A program made the translations under genes and the position numbers. From Dictyostelium discoideum (taxonomy: Eukaryota): a stretch of DNA of 64,000 bases. The stretch's first letter is position 1, and each line of letters opens with the position of its first letter. This document shows positions 16,915 through 28,535 of the stretch, piece by piece. Under the pieces are notes generated by a model that was not told the origin of the DNA, ran no database searches, and worked only from the letters and a program-made list of their open reading frames with translations. The stretch covers positions 3,808,001 to 3,872,000 of the forward strand of contig CM000151.3 in assembly GCA_000004695.1 (NCBI GenBank), in the 5' to 3' direction.

Positions 16915-17100
16915 AAAATCAAACAAATGGACCATAGTATGAAAGTTTGATCAAACTTGTTGACATATTTTTGCATCACCTATAGTGTAGTATATGAAAT
17001 GTTGTTGTATGTACAAAATTTAAATAAAAAAAAAAAAAAATCAAACAAATGGACGATAGTATGAAAGTTGACATTTTTTTGCATCACCATAGTATGAAAT
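16915..17100. repeat. Imperfect tandem direct repeat (two ~60-90 bp units, each preceded by poly-A) in the catA 3' intergenic region. Unit 1 contains a perfect 12-bp palindrome, gtttgatcaaac.
   Basis: Unit 1 is 16918-17010 (tcaaacaaatggaccatagtatgaaagtttgatcaaacttgttgacatatttttgcatcacc...tatgaaat). Unit 2 is 17040-17100 (tcaaacaaatggacgatagtatgaaagttgacatttttttgcatcaccatagtatgaaat). Confidence 0.8.
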
Positions 17101-17255
17101 TTTAAAAAAAAAAATTTTTTTTATAATTTTTTTTTTTATAATTTTTTTTTTTTTTTTTTTTTTTTTTTTGATTTTTTTTTTTTTTTTTTAAATTTTTTTT
17201 TTTTTTCTTTTAATTAACACAAAAAAAAAAAAAAAAATCATATACAAATAACAAT

Positions 17256-17310
17256 ATGGGTAATAAACAAGGTAAATCCCCAAATAATAGCAAAGGAGGT
17301 AAAAAATACA
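17256..17310 (+). CDS. Calcineurin-B-homologous-protein (CHP)-like N-myristoylated EF-hand protein, exon 1 (micro-exon).
   Basis: MGNKQGKSPNNSKGGKKY followed by 'a', then a gtaagt donor at 17311 (phase 1). Confidence 0.55.
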
Positions 17311-17352
17311 GTAAGTAATATTATATAATTCACATTTTATTTAATTTTATTT

Positions 17353-17398
<46 letters not shown>

Positions 17399-17443
17399 TT
17401 AAATTTTGTACATACTAATTTTTATATGAATTTCTAAAAATAG

Positions 17444-17488
17444 AAATTGATAATGATGTAGTCAAACAACTCCAAGAATCAACAAATT
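17444..17488 (+). CDS. CHP-like EF-hand protein, exon 2 (45-nt micro-exon).
   Basis: The acceptor aatAG is at 17442-17443. The exon is aa att gat aat gat gta gtc aaa caa ctc caa gaa tca aca aat t (KIDNDVVKQLQESTN), followed by a gtaagt donor at 17489 (phase 1). Confidence 0.5.
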
Positions 17489-17662
17489 GTAAGTAATATT
17501 ATATATATTTATAAATATTTAAAATAAATTAATTATTTATTCTATTTTATTAATTTCTTCTTTTTTGTTTTATTTTTTATTTTATTTTTTTTTTATTATT
17601 AATTTTTTTTATTATTAATTTTTTTTTTTTTTTAATATTTTTTTTTTTTTTAATATTAAAAG

Positions 17663-17923
17663 TTGACAAGGTTGAAGCTAAAAAATTATATGAAGTTTTC
17701 TATGATCTTTCAAATGGAGGTAAAGAACCATTAAATAGGGATAGATTCAAAGAAGGTTTAACCAAATTAGAATCATGTGGTTTAAAGAATCTTGATAATT
17801 CACCATTTGGTGATCGTTTATTCGATTTACTCGATACCAATAAAGATAATACTGTTGATCTTCAAGAATTTATTAGTGGTTTATCAATTTTATGTAAAGG
17901 TACTGCCGAAGAAAAACTCGAAT
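17663..17923 (+). CDS. CHP-like EF-hand protein, exon 3.
   Basis: The acceptor aaAG is at 17661-17662. The exon reads FDKVEAKKLYEVFYDLSNGGKEPLNRDRFKEGLTKLESCGLKNLDNSPFGDRLFDLLDTNKDNTVDLQEFISGLSILCKGTAEEKLE, followed by a gtaact donor at 17924. NSPFGDRLFDLL matches CHP NPLGDRIINAFF. Confidence 0.55.
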
Positions 17924-18079
17924 GTAACTTTCAATTTTATTTATTATATATATTTATTTTTTTTTATTTTTTTATTTTTCCAATAATAATATATATATAT
18001 ATATATTAATACTTCTTTTTTTTTATTTTATTTTATTTTATTATTTTATTTTTTATTATTTTTTTCAAAAAAAATTTAG

Positions 18080-18396
18080 TATCATTTAAAGCATATGATA
18101 TAGATGGAAATGGATATATTACAAAGAGTGAATTATCACAAATGTTTCAACAAGCATGGATTTCAGGTTTCAAAGCATTATCATATCAAACTAATGAAGA
18201 AGTCAACAAGGATGATTTAAATAATTTTTCAGAGGAAATGGCACAAATCTTTGCAGATGGTGCTTTCTCATCTTTAGATGTTAATGGTGATGGTAAATTA
18301 TCTTTCAATGAATTCAAACAATTCGCAATGTCTCATCCAAAAATTACTGCCACATTAAATGGTTCAAAGAGAGACGTGCCAATTACTTTTGATTAA
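18080..18396 (+). CDS. CHP-like EF-hand protein, exon 4 (two EF-hands and the C-terminus).
   Basis: The acceptor ttAG is at 18078-18079. The exon reads LSFKAYDIDGNGYITKSELSQMFQQAWISGFKALSYQTNEEVNKDDLNNFSEEMAQIFADGAFSSLDVNGDGKLSFNEFKQFAMSHPKITATLNGSKRDVPITFD*. Confidence 0.6.
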
Positions 18397-18768
18397 ATTA
18401 ATCATACAACCATTTCTTTATTAATAAAAAAAATCAAAAAAAAAAAAGTATATAAATAAATTGTAATTAATAGATTTTAACTAAAAAAAAAATAAAAAAA
18501 AAACCCTCTTTTATGGTTTAATTTATTTTGTTTTGGAAGAAAAAAAAAAAAAAAAATATCATAAATACTTAGAATAAAAAATAAAAAAAAAAATAAAAAA
18601 AAAAATCACAAATTTTTTTTTTTTTTTTTTTTTCTTTTTTGTTTTTTTTTTTTTTTTTTTTTAATATATATTATTATTTTTTTTTTTATATATACAATTA
18701 CTACTTTTTTTGTCATTTTTTTTTTTTATTATTTTTTTATTTTAAAAAAAATACTCGAATTTTAAAAG

Positions 18769-19055
18769 ATGAGTAAGTGGGGAAATTTTAATTTTGACAT
18801 ATCAGCAGTTGGGAAGGTTATTAAAAATGTTGAAAAATCAATTGACAAGGCAATTGGTATACCAGATCAACCAGAAGGTACTGAAAACAATGATAACAAT
18901 ACATCATTTTCTTCATCTCCGGGTGGAGGTACTAGTTTCTTTGGATATTCATTTTCAACACCAACAAAATCTACTTCAAATAATACACCAATAACATCGA
19001 CACCAACAAAATTACAAAGTGGTCAAACTCTCACTCCAACTCTTACTCCTATTCA

Positions 19056-19131
<76 letters not shown>

Positions 19132-19554
19132 AATAATAATAATAGCAATAAACAAACAAACAATAGTTCAAATAATAGTTCAATATTAAATATAACACCA
19201 ATAAAACCAAAAATAGAACAACAATCCATTCCCACACCTAAATATAGTGAAAATACAAGTGAGGAAATTGGATTAAAAAATAAAGAGGATAATAAAGGTG
19301 AAGATGAGGATGAAGATGAAGATGAAGAAAAACCACTATATCAAATAGATGCTAATTTAGATTCAAAATCTGAAAATATTTTAAAAGAAGAGAAGGTAAA
19401 TAAAAATCATGATAATGGCAACAATCAAAATGAAAATGAGAATCAAAATGAAAGTGAAAATGAAAATGAAATTGAAAATGATAATAATAATAATAATAAT
19501 AGTATGAATATATCAAAATCATTACAAATGGATAAAAGTGAGCTCAACCAAGAG
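18769..19554 (+). CDS. TMF/TATA-element-modulatory-factor-like golgin, exon 1 (N-terminal region). The join to the next exon is a proposal.
   Basis: MSKWGNFNFDISAVGKVIKNVEKSIDKAIGI... resembles the TMF1 N-terminus (MSWF...AKQALSQAQKSIDRVLDI). A GAG|GTAAAT donor at 19555 (phase 0) would join in frame to 19638. If left unspliced, the ORF stops at 19623. Confidence 0.5.
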
Positions 19555-19637
19555 GTAAATGGGTCATGGGTAGATGATGATGATATCCTTATAGATGATA
19601 CAAATATTATTGTTGATAAATAAAAATACAAATATAG

Positions 19638-19805
19638 ATTAATGAAATTGATACTAATAGCCTTCAAATAAATACTGATCATAACAAAGATCTCCTCAAT
19701 ATTGACTCAATTAATAATACAAATGAAATTAATAATAAAGAAAATGATAATAATATAGAAAAGGAGGAAATACAAGAAATAAAACCTATTAATAATGAAA
19801 ATGTT

Positions 19806-19883
<78 letters not shown>

Positions 19884-19938
19884 GATAATATTATTGATTA
19901 TAATAATAATAATAATAATATTGATAATAATAATATTA

Positions 19939-20029
<91 letters not shown>

Positions 20030-21563
20030 ATTAATAATAAAAGAAAATAATGAATTAAAACAAACTATTAAAGAAATGGAAAATAAAATGAATATAGTTG
20101 TAATGATAAATAATGAACAAAAGAGAATAGTAACAGATAAAGAAAAGGTTATAGAGGATTTAACAGGTAAAATGTCAAAATTAGCGATATTGAATGATCA
20201 ATTATTGGGTGATATTAACAAATTGAATGTTGATTCAAAGAAAGAAGATTTAGAGAATTTAAAAGAAGAATTTAGTAGAAGATTAGGTCAAGTAGAGAAA
20301 AAGCTATCAAATGTTACCAAAGAACGTGATCAATTAAGATCTGGTACAACGCTACCAGAGTCAATTCAAATTACAGTGAAAGAAAAAGATGAAAAGATCA
20401 CTCAACTCATTACAGAGGGTACAAATTTAAGTCATCGTATTTTAGCATTGGAATCATCATTAAAGAAATCGAAACAAACCACCAAAGAAAATGAAGATAC
20501 CATTACAATGTTAAATGAAAGAATTAATAACACCGAGCAATTACTTTTAACTCGTTCAGAGAGATTAAAAGAATTTGAAGAGGCTGATAAACGTTATCAA
20601 GATACAATCAATACAATGAAGGAAGTTAGTGATTCTGCCTCAAAGAAATTGGATAAACGTGATCAAGAGGCTGATAAGGCTATTAGACAAGCAACCGATT
20701 TACAGGCAGCTTTAGATAAAGCTTGGAAAGATATTCAAGACTTAAATAAACATCATTCCATTGAGATTGATCGTTACAATAAACAGTTACAAGAGGAGAG
20801 ATCCAGAATTAAAAGTGAATTCCAATTGATTGCAAACAATGAAAAGAAAGAGTTTCTTGATAAAATAGAACAATTGGAAACTTTTATACAAGAACATCGT
20901 TCAACTATCAATAGAAATAATGAGAAACAAACTTGGAAAGAGGAGGAATTAAATAAAGAGATAGCTCATCTTCAACAACGATGTAGAGATGCTGAAATTC
21001 GTAATGATCAATTAAGCTCTTCAATACCTCAAGCAACTCGTCCACTCTTAAAACAAATTGAATCCATTCAAGAACAATTCAATGAAAGACAATCGACTTG
21101 GGAAACTTTAGAGAAACAATTAAATAATCAATTACGTGAAGAACGTTTAAAAGCTGAACATGTAGTTAGAAATCAACAAGAGATCCTCTCTGAATTGGAA
21201 GAGTTAACTCTAAAATTCCAATTATTAGAGAGTGAAAGTAAAATTGATAAAAAGAAATTAAAATCTACAATCACAGAGTTACAACAACTTAAATCCATAC
21301 AATCGGATCATCTTTCAAAAATACAAGATTTAGAATCCTCTTCTTCAACTTTACAATCAAAAATCGATCAACATTTAAATACCATCTCAATATTGGAAGA
21401 ACGTTTAACACTTTCAAATAAAGAACTTAAAGATTTAGAAGATAAAAGACAAAAAGAAAAAGAACTTTATGAAAAAGAAACTTCAAACTTTTTAAAAAAA
21501 CAACAACAGTTATTATTACAACAACAATTACAACAACAACAACAACAAGAAAATCAAAATCAA

Positions 21564-21609
<46 letters not shown>

Positions 21610-22106
21610 GTTCGTCATTATCAAATAGTACAGATAAAATTAATAATGGTTCAATTTCAACACCACCACAACAACAAAATAAAGGATTATTTAGTGGATT
21701 AAAGAAAACACCAAGTAACCATGACTTTTTAAATCATTCAGTTGGAAATGGATTATTACCAGCATCTTTAGAGTATTTACAATCTTCATTATCACAAAAA
21801 GAGGGTGAAGCAATGTCATTACAAGCTCAAGTTCAATCATTAAATCATTCAAGAAAGAAATTAGAGGATGAATTAGTAAAACTTACCACTGATAATGAGG
21901 AATTATTAAGTGAATGTAAAGAATTGAAATTACAACGTCAAGAGATTAAAGATATTCAACAACGTTATCAAACCACTTTGTTAATGTTGGGTGAAAAAGA
22001 AGAAGCTGTAAATGAATTACGTTTGGATATTATGGATTTAAAGGATTTATATAAAAATCAAATTAATGAATTATTATTACAAATTGAAGTTTTAAAAAAG
22101 AAATAA
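19638..22106 (+). CDS. TMF-like golgin, exon 2: poly-Asn, a long coiled coil, and the C-terminal TMF_TATA_bd domain.
   Basis: The frame is open from 19638, just after the tatAG at 19635-19637. The C-terminus LGEKEEAVNELRLDIMDLKDLYKNQINELLLQIEVLKKK* matches the TMF C-terminal domain. The track ORF 20076..22106 is the ATG-initiated subset of this frame. Confidence 0.7.
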
Positions 22107-22151
22107 AAAATAAAAAATAAAATAAAAAAAAAAAAAAAAAAAGTTATTTAT

Positions 22152-23720
22152 TTAAATAAAAGGTCTTTTATTCTTTTTTTTAATTTCTTGTAACTTTAAT
22201 AAATTTTCATGATTATTTGCTTTTTCATATTTTTCAGCATTTTTTATTTTTGATGAAGCTTTTGACTCTTGAATTTGATTAAAATTTGTTGTTGCCACGG
22301 CAGTATTATTTAATTTTGGAGGGATCTTTGAAAATGGGAAATAATTAATTTGATTATTTTCATCGAAAACTATTGATTCTTCTATTTTTTCAAAGTCTTT
22401 ATGATCACGAAATTGGAAATTACCAGTTAGATTTGATTTTGACCAATCATAGAATGATGAATGATTCTTTAGATTTGTATAGAGTGTTTCAGCTAATTTA
22501 TAACCTAACCAAGCGTCTATAGCTGCATATTTATGTTGATCCATATCATTGATGGTTTGAGTTATCCAATCTTCACGATTATTTGGTTTTGCTTTATATT
22601 GACGGTGGAAATTATATTTACCTAAACCAAGTAAATCAATTGCCAATACTTCAAGTGGTAAATAATTATTTGTAATACCACTTCTGAATGCAACACAACC
22701 AACATCCAATGCTGATTCACTCTTTACACTTGGAAATATCTTTGATATACGTTCAAAATCACTTTTAACACCAGTACCTGCTTTAATTATACTTTTATCC
22801 TTTAATAATTTAATTAAACCATCTGTTAATTTACCCATTGCTTTGATGTATATAACAGCTGATACGGTTTTTGTTGATATTTGAATAGAATATGGTATTG
22901 TACCCTCTAAATCAAATCCAACTATTATCCTCTTACTACTTAATGTAGAGTTATATGCTATTGATAACTCTTGATAATAGATTGATGTTATCATATTTAC
23001 AAAGAATTCACATTCTACCTCTTCAAAAATTACAAGAATAGTTGGTGATTCATTTATATTTTTTGACCATATAATATTTGAAAATTTCTCTTTAATACTT
23101 TCAAACCAAGGTAACTTTTTAAAGTCTATCTTTTCCATATCTTCTTTATTATTATATATTAATATTTCTTTTATTATCTTTTCATTATTATCATTATTAT
23201 CATTATTATCATTTTCATTATTATCTTCCAAGTTTTCATTTTCTTTAAATTTATTATCTTTTTCTAATTTTATATTATTATTATTATTATTATTATTATC
23301 ATCTTCAAGTTCATTTTCTTTTAATTTACCAGAGTTTAATTCTTTTATTTCTATATTATCTTTTTTTTCATTTTTATCTTTTTTTTCATTGTTTTCTTTG
23401 CGTTCATCTTTTTTATCTTTTTTATCTTTTTTATCTTTTTTATCCTCGTTGTTTATTTCTTTATTATCTCTACTTTTATCTGAACAGCCTTTATCCAAAT
23501 CATTTTCATCTTTCTTTTCTTTCTTTTCTTTCTTTTCTTTCTTTTCTTTTTTTTCTTTCTTTTCTTTCTTTTCTTTCTTTTCTTTCTTTTCTTTCTTTTC
23601 TTTCTTTTCTTTTTTATTTAATTCTTTTTCTTCATGTTTATCCCTTTTTAATTTTTTCTTTTCTATTTCTTCATCAGATGATTCATTTTCTATATTTTCT
23701 TTTGATCTCTTTTTGGCCAT
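22152..23720 (-). CDS. 3'-5' exonuclease (DEDDy, WRN-exo/RNase-D-like) domain protein with an N-terminal (EKK)n lysine/glutamate repeat.
   Basis: The domain region reads ...RIIVGFDLEGTIPYSIQ...IIKAGTGVKSDFERISK...HKYAAIDAWLGYKL, giving the Exo I/II/III-like motifs (DxE ... D ... YxxxD). The N-terminal KEKKEKK x12 is encoded by a ctttct hexamer repeat at 23515-23610. It is convergent with the TMF-like gene, with a 45-bp gap. Confidence 0.65.
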   Translation of the reverse strand: MAKKRSKENIENESSDEEIEKKKLKRDKHEEKELNKKEKKEKKEKKEKKEKKEKKEKKEKKEKKEKKEKKDENDLDKGCSDKSRDNKEINNEDKKDKKDKKDKKDERKENNEKKDKNEKKDNIEIKELNSGKLKENELEDDNNNNNNNNIKLEKDNKFKENENLEDNNENDNNDNNDNNEKIIKEILIYNNKEDMEKIDFKKLPWFESIKEKFSNIIWSKNINESPTILVIFEEVECEFFVNMITSIYYQELSIAYNSTLSSKRIIVGFDLEGTIPYSIQISTKTVSAVIYIKAMGKLTDGLIKLLKDKSIIKAGTGVKSDFERISKIFPSVKSESALDVGCVAFRSGITNNYLPLEVLAIDLLGLGKYNFHRQYKAKPNNREDWITQTINDMDQHKYAAIDAWLGYKLAETLYTNLKNHSSFYDWSKSNLTGNFQFRDHKDFEKIEESIVFDENNQINYFPFSKIPPKLNNTAVATTNFNQIQESKASSKIKNAEKYEKANNHENLLKLQEIKKKNKRPFI

Positions 23721-24236
23721 TTCGTAAAAATAAAAAAGATTGGATTTTTTTTTTTTTTTTTTTGTCGTTGGAATTTTTTTTTTTTTTGTGTATGAAAATA
23801 TAAAAATAAATAAAATTTATTTATTTTTGGAAAACTCCTGTTTCAAAAAAAAAAACATAACCTTATTATACTGTGTGTAAGAAATTTTTTGATAATAATT
23901 TTATTGATCTTGAATTTAAAAATTGGAAATTTAGATATTTTTTTATTTATTTATTTTTTTTTTTGAAAAAGAAGGTAATTTTCTTTATCATTTGACAGAT
24001 ATCCTTTGGACGAGTTTTGACGCAAAAAAAAAAAAGAAATATTATTCTTTAAATTTAAATGTTATAACTTTTGATTGAATTTGAATATTTCTAGTTAATT
24101 CTAAATTATCATTAGTTTTTTATGAGTTTTGATATCTACAAAGTTTAAATCTAACTATTGATGGAACTGTTGAAAAAAACAATTTCAATATAAAATAAAA
24201 GGAGTTGATAAAAATAATTGTGTTTAAACACAATTG

Positions 24237-24471
24237 TTATAAATCATCCCTTATTGGGATTAAAAATGACATATCTTCAGCAGGGTCTTTATATTTTCCA
24301 TACTTTTCATCAAGAAAATTACTTTTATGATTTCTAGAAAGGTATTCTTTAGCCTCTTCTTTTTCTTTTTCTTTCATTTTTCTATGTTCCTCTATAATCT
24401 TTTTAGTGACTTTACAATTTATTTTTCTTTTTTTTAATATTTCAAGTTTATTTAATTCTTTAGAAAGTTCA
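24237..24471 (-). CDS. Hypothetical basic coiled-coil protein, exon 2.
   Basis: The acceptor is the reverse complement of ct at 24472-24473. ga+t = Asp, then ELSKELNKLEILKKRKINCKVTKKIIEEHRKMKEKEKEEAKEYLSRNHKSNFLDEKYGKYKDPAEDMSFLIPIRDDL*, in the same frame as track ORF 24237..24500. Confidence 0.5.
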
Positions 24472-24611
24472 CTATGAATTAATAAAATAAATATTTTCAA
24501 TTATTATTTATTCAATTATTATTAAATATTGTTATTTTTATAATTTAATTATTAAATTAATGAAGAAGAAATAATAATAAAAATAATTGATAAGAGGGGC
24601 GATATACATAC

Positions 24612-24973
24612 TCTTTTTGAACTTTAATTAAACTACCTAACCATGCATATTGAGATTTAGCATTCACAATTTTCTGATCTAATTCCAAGGATTTCTTTGA
24701 TTGTTGTTTCTCTCCAAGATCTTTTGTTGTTTCTTTATTTTTAGGAGGGTCCAATTTAAACTTTTTATTATTTAATTCGTGTACCAATAATTTTACTATT
24801 CCTGTTGTGTGATCAGTTACTTTTTCATGATCTATTAAATCAATTTCGGCATCCCTAGCAACATTTGCTGATATATGTTCTATAAGTGTTATAACATCCA
24901 TTTTAGATGATTTTGGAATAAAATATGCTTCCATTTCTTTTTCTGAGTTTTTACTTGTTTTTCTTTTACCCAT
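24612..24973 (-). CDS. Hypothetical basic coiled-coil protein, exon 1.
   Basis: MGKRKTSKNSEKEMEAYFIPKSSKMDVITLIEHISANVARDAEIDLIDHEKVT...AWLGSLIKVQKE followed by 'ga', then a GTATGT donor (reverse complement of 24606-24611), phase 2. Confidence 0.5.
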
Positions 24974-25247
24974 TTTGAATTTTATTTTATTTTTAGATTA
25001 GTTGATGGCAATGATGATGATAAGGTTGTGGTTGGTAAAAATAAAATAAAAAAAAAAAAAAAAAGAAAAAAAAAAAAATTTTGAAAAAAAAAAAAAAAAA
25101 CAAAAGGAAAAGTTATTTTTTTTGTTGGAAAAACTTATTAGATTTCCAGAAATCTAAAAAGGTATTTTTTTTTTTTTTTTCATAATTTTTTATTTTTTAT
25201 TATTTAAATATTTTTATTTTTATTTTATTTATTATTATTATTAAATA

Positions 25248-26138
25248 TTAAGGTTCTCTTAAATTTAAAATTGCACGTGGGTATAAATGTAAATCTAATA
25301 AAGTTTTTGAATTATCAGTTAAAGATTCTTTTGGGAAATTGGTTACTAATTCATAGGTTGATAAATTTATTTGAGAGTTTGAATCGAATAAATGAATATC
25401 TACCCAATCACGAATTGATTGAAAAGTGTTATTTACAAAGAATTTTCTAGTGATTCTAGTACCATCAGGTGGTAAACTGATTGAGATTTCACAAATTTTA
25501 ATAGGAGAAGATTTAATTTGATCCAGAGATAATCCAATCGATGGATCCACTGGTAATCTATCTCTTTTTATGGAGATTTGAGTTTGTTGTTCAATTTCCA
25601 TCGATAATTTTAAAGCTCTCTCTAATTCTTCCTCTTCTTTCTTTTCTCTATCTTTTTTCAAAGATTCATTAAATTCTCTCTCTTGTTCCTCTCTAATCTT
25701 TCTTGAATCTTTTATCATTTTCTTATGTTCTAATCTACCTTTATCTATTGATGATAGAAATTGTTGTGCTTCTGGATTATTCTCATAATATTCTTCTTCA
25801 TTATCATCAGATTCATTACTAATATTTAAACAATTATTAACTCTATAACCATATTTATTATTTTGATTATTTTGATTATTATTTTGATTATTATTATTAT
25901 TATTACTACTATTATTATAGTTTCCGCTATTTTGTTTATATTCATTAATTTCATCATTTGGTGATGACCCACCAAATCTAACCTTTCTTCTTGATGGTGT
26001 ATTTGGTGAGCCTAAATTTGGTTTATTTGTTTGATTATTATTTTTTGATTGTTGTGATTGTTGTGGTGATTGTTGTGATTGTTGTTGTTGTTGTTGTGGC
26101 GGTGGTGATGGTTGTCTATGATTATTTTGATTATTTTG

Positions 26139-26217
<79 letters not shown>

Positions 26218-26427
26218 GTTTGCTTTGTTTTTTGTTGTTGTTGTTTTTGTTGTTGCTGCTGTTGTTGTTGTAATCTTATGGATTCATTAATAGCTCTTTG
26301 TAAAGCAATATCTTCATCTTCATCACCTTGATAGTCAGAGAATCTATCATTACGACGACGTTGATTTGATTGTTGTGTAGTATGATCAGTATTATCAGCA
26401 TTATCATCATCATCTTCATATTCTTCT

Positions 26428-26458
<31 letters not shown>

Positions 26459-27236
26459 CGTTATCATTTTCATCATAAATTTCTTCAAGATTTGCTTTAT
26501 TTTCCATTTGTTGTTTTCTTAATTGAGTTTGTTCATAAATATCTTGTGGTCTCATATGACCTAATGGTGCTCTTGGTTGACCAATGATATTATTCATAAA
26601 ATCTTTACTAAGAAAAGGCGTATAATTACCAAAATGACCACCACCATCTCTATTTACATTTGGTGCCATCAAATTATCAACTGATCCTTGTGGATATTGC
26701 ATTCCTGTAGATGATGATAAATTAATTGGACCACCACCAGGTAATGGTTGCATCATACCTCCACTACTACCTAAAAGACCACCAACACTATATACTCCAC
26801 CATTACCATTACCATTATTATTACCATTATTATTATTGTTACTTTGAATACAACTAGATGAAGATGATAATGTTGAGGTTGTAGTTGTATTTTTAACACC
26901 ATTAATTATCTTTTTTGAAGTTACACTTGTGGATCCACCACCACCACCACTACCACCACCACTATTATTATTACCTGATGAATCAAATGTTGATTCTTCA
27001 ATAATTTCTTCACTCATTGATGTACCATTACTACTAATACTACTATTACTACCATTACTATTAGTTCTTCTTGAAGATGATGCTGATGAATAACTTCCAC
27101 CACCACCACTACTATTGCTATCATTACTATAATTATTATTTCTACGATTACGATTACGATTTGTACTCTTATTTATACCACCAATACTTTTACCACTTGA
27201 TGTTGTTGGTCCATTATAATTATTATTCCTACTCAT
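25248..27236 (-). CDS. UBX-domain protein with two ubiquitin-interacting motifs (UIM) and poly-N/Q/D tracts.
   Basis: The UIMs are DEDIALQRAINESIRLQ and EEELERALKLSMEIEQ. The C-terminal UBX domain is ISISLPPDGTRITRKFFVNNTFQSIRDWVDIHLF...YELVTNFPKESL... Confidence 0.65.
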
Positions 27237-27275
27237 TTTTTATTTTTATTTGTTTTAATCTATTATTTATTATTT

Positions 27276-27314
<39 letters not shown>

Positions 27315-27655
27315 TTTTTTTTCTCTTTTTTTTTTTTTTAATTTATATTTTTTTTTTTATTTTTTTATTTTTTTTTAATTATTTGTTATATGGAAAGATA
27401 AAATAAAAGTGATAATATAAAAAAAAAATGTTATATTTTTTTTTTTTAAAAAAAAAAAATTTAATATTTGTTTATTTATTTTTATTTTTTTATTTAATTT
27501 TTAATTTTTAATTTAATATTTGTTTATTTTTATTTTTTTTTTTTTTTTTTTTTTTTTTTATTTTTGGAATTATGTGTGGTGTAATTTATTTATGTTGTGT
27601 GGTAAATTTATTATTGAGGAGGGGATATGTATATACAAATAAAAATATGATAATC

Positions 27656-27707
<52 letters not shown>

Positions 27708-27946
27708 TTATTATTTTTATTATTTTCATTATTTATGTATTTCCTGGATGATGTAATATTGATTTTTAAAATATTTTAATCCATATTGCTATTTTCTAAA
27801 ATGTGTAAATTGAAAATTTATTATTATTATTATTTTTTTTATTATCTTTATTATTATTCATTTTATTTTTTATTTTTTATTTTTTTATTTTTTTATTTTT
27901 ATTTATTTTTATTTTATTTTTTAAATTTAATGAATTAATTTATCAA

Positions 27947-27950
<4 letters not shown>

Positions 27951-28042
<92 letters not shown>

Positions 28043-28050
28043 GATGATGA
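27951..28050. repeat. (GTT)33 microsatellite, read as (AAC)n on the - strand. It lies immediately 3' of the stop codon of the membrane-protein gene.
   Basis: A perfect gttgtt... run from 27951 to 28050. The stop of the 28054..30168 gene is at 28054-28056. Confidence 0.95.
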
Positions 28051-28053
28051 TGA

Positions 28054-28504
28054 TTAATTATCAATTAATTCATCAAATTGTTGTTGATCTAATTGATCTT
28101 GTTCTAAACGTTGACGTTGTAATTCTAAGATTTCAGGTTCAGATTTCCAAGAGATTTCATTGTGAACTTGGTTAATTTTATCTTTTTTTTGTTCAATGAT
28201 GATTAAATTATAGATTGATTTTATTAGAGGAGCCAAAGCGATAAAGATAAAGAATATTTCACCTTCATGAATATGTAAATTTGGAGGAACACCATAAATC
28301 CATAAGAGAGAGGCGGCAATGGTCCAAATGAAAACAATGATAAAGTTTTGGGTTATCAATACCTCTGGTATGAATGATGGTAAAAACTTTACATCCAAGG
28401 AGAATAAATTAAATGAAGAAGGATCAATTTGATTTGATTTTAATCTTTTTGATAATGGATTTGATTGTTGAGAAGTGTTAGAGGTGGTGTTGGTGGTAGT
28501 ATTA

Positions 28505-28535
<31 letters not shown>

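Noticed and set aside
23511-23610. Regularly spaced ctttct / tttctttc repeats that superficially resemble a short repeat-spacer array.
   Set aside because: They are the antisense of the coding (AAG-GAA-AAG)n that produces the KEKKEKK N-terminus of the exonuclease gene. The period is 6-9 nt with no unique spacers. It is not CRISPR, and the genome is eukaryotic.
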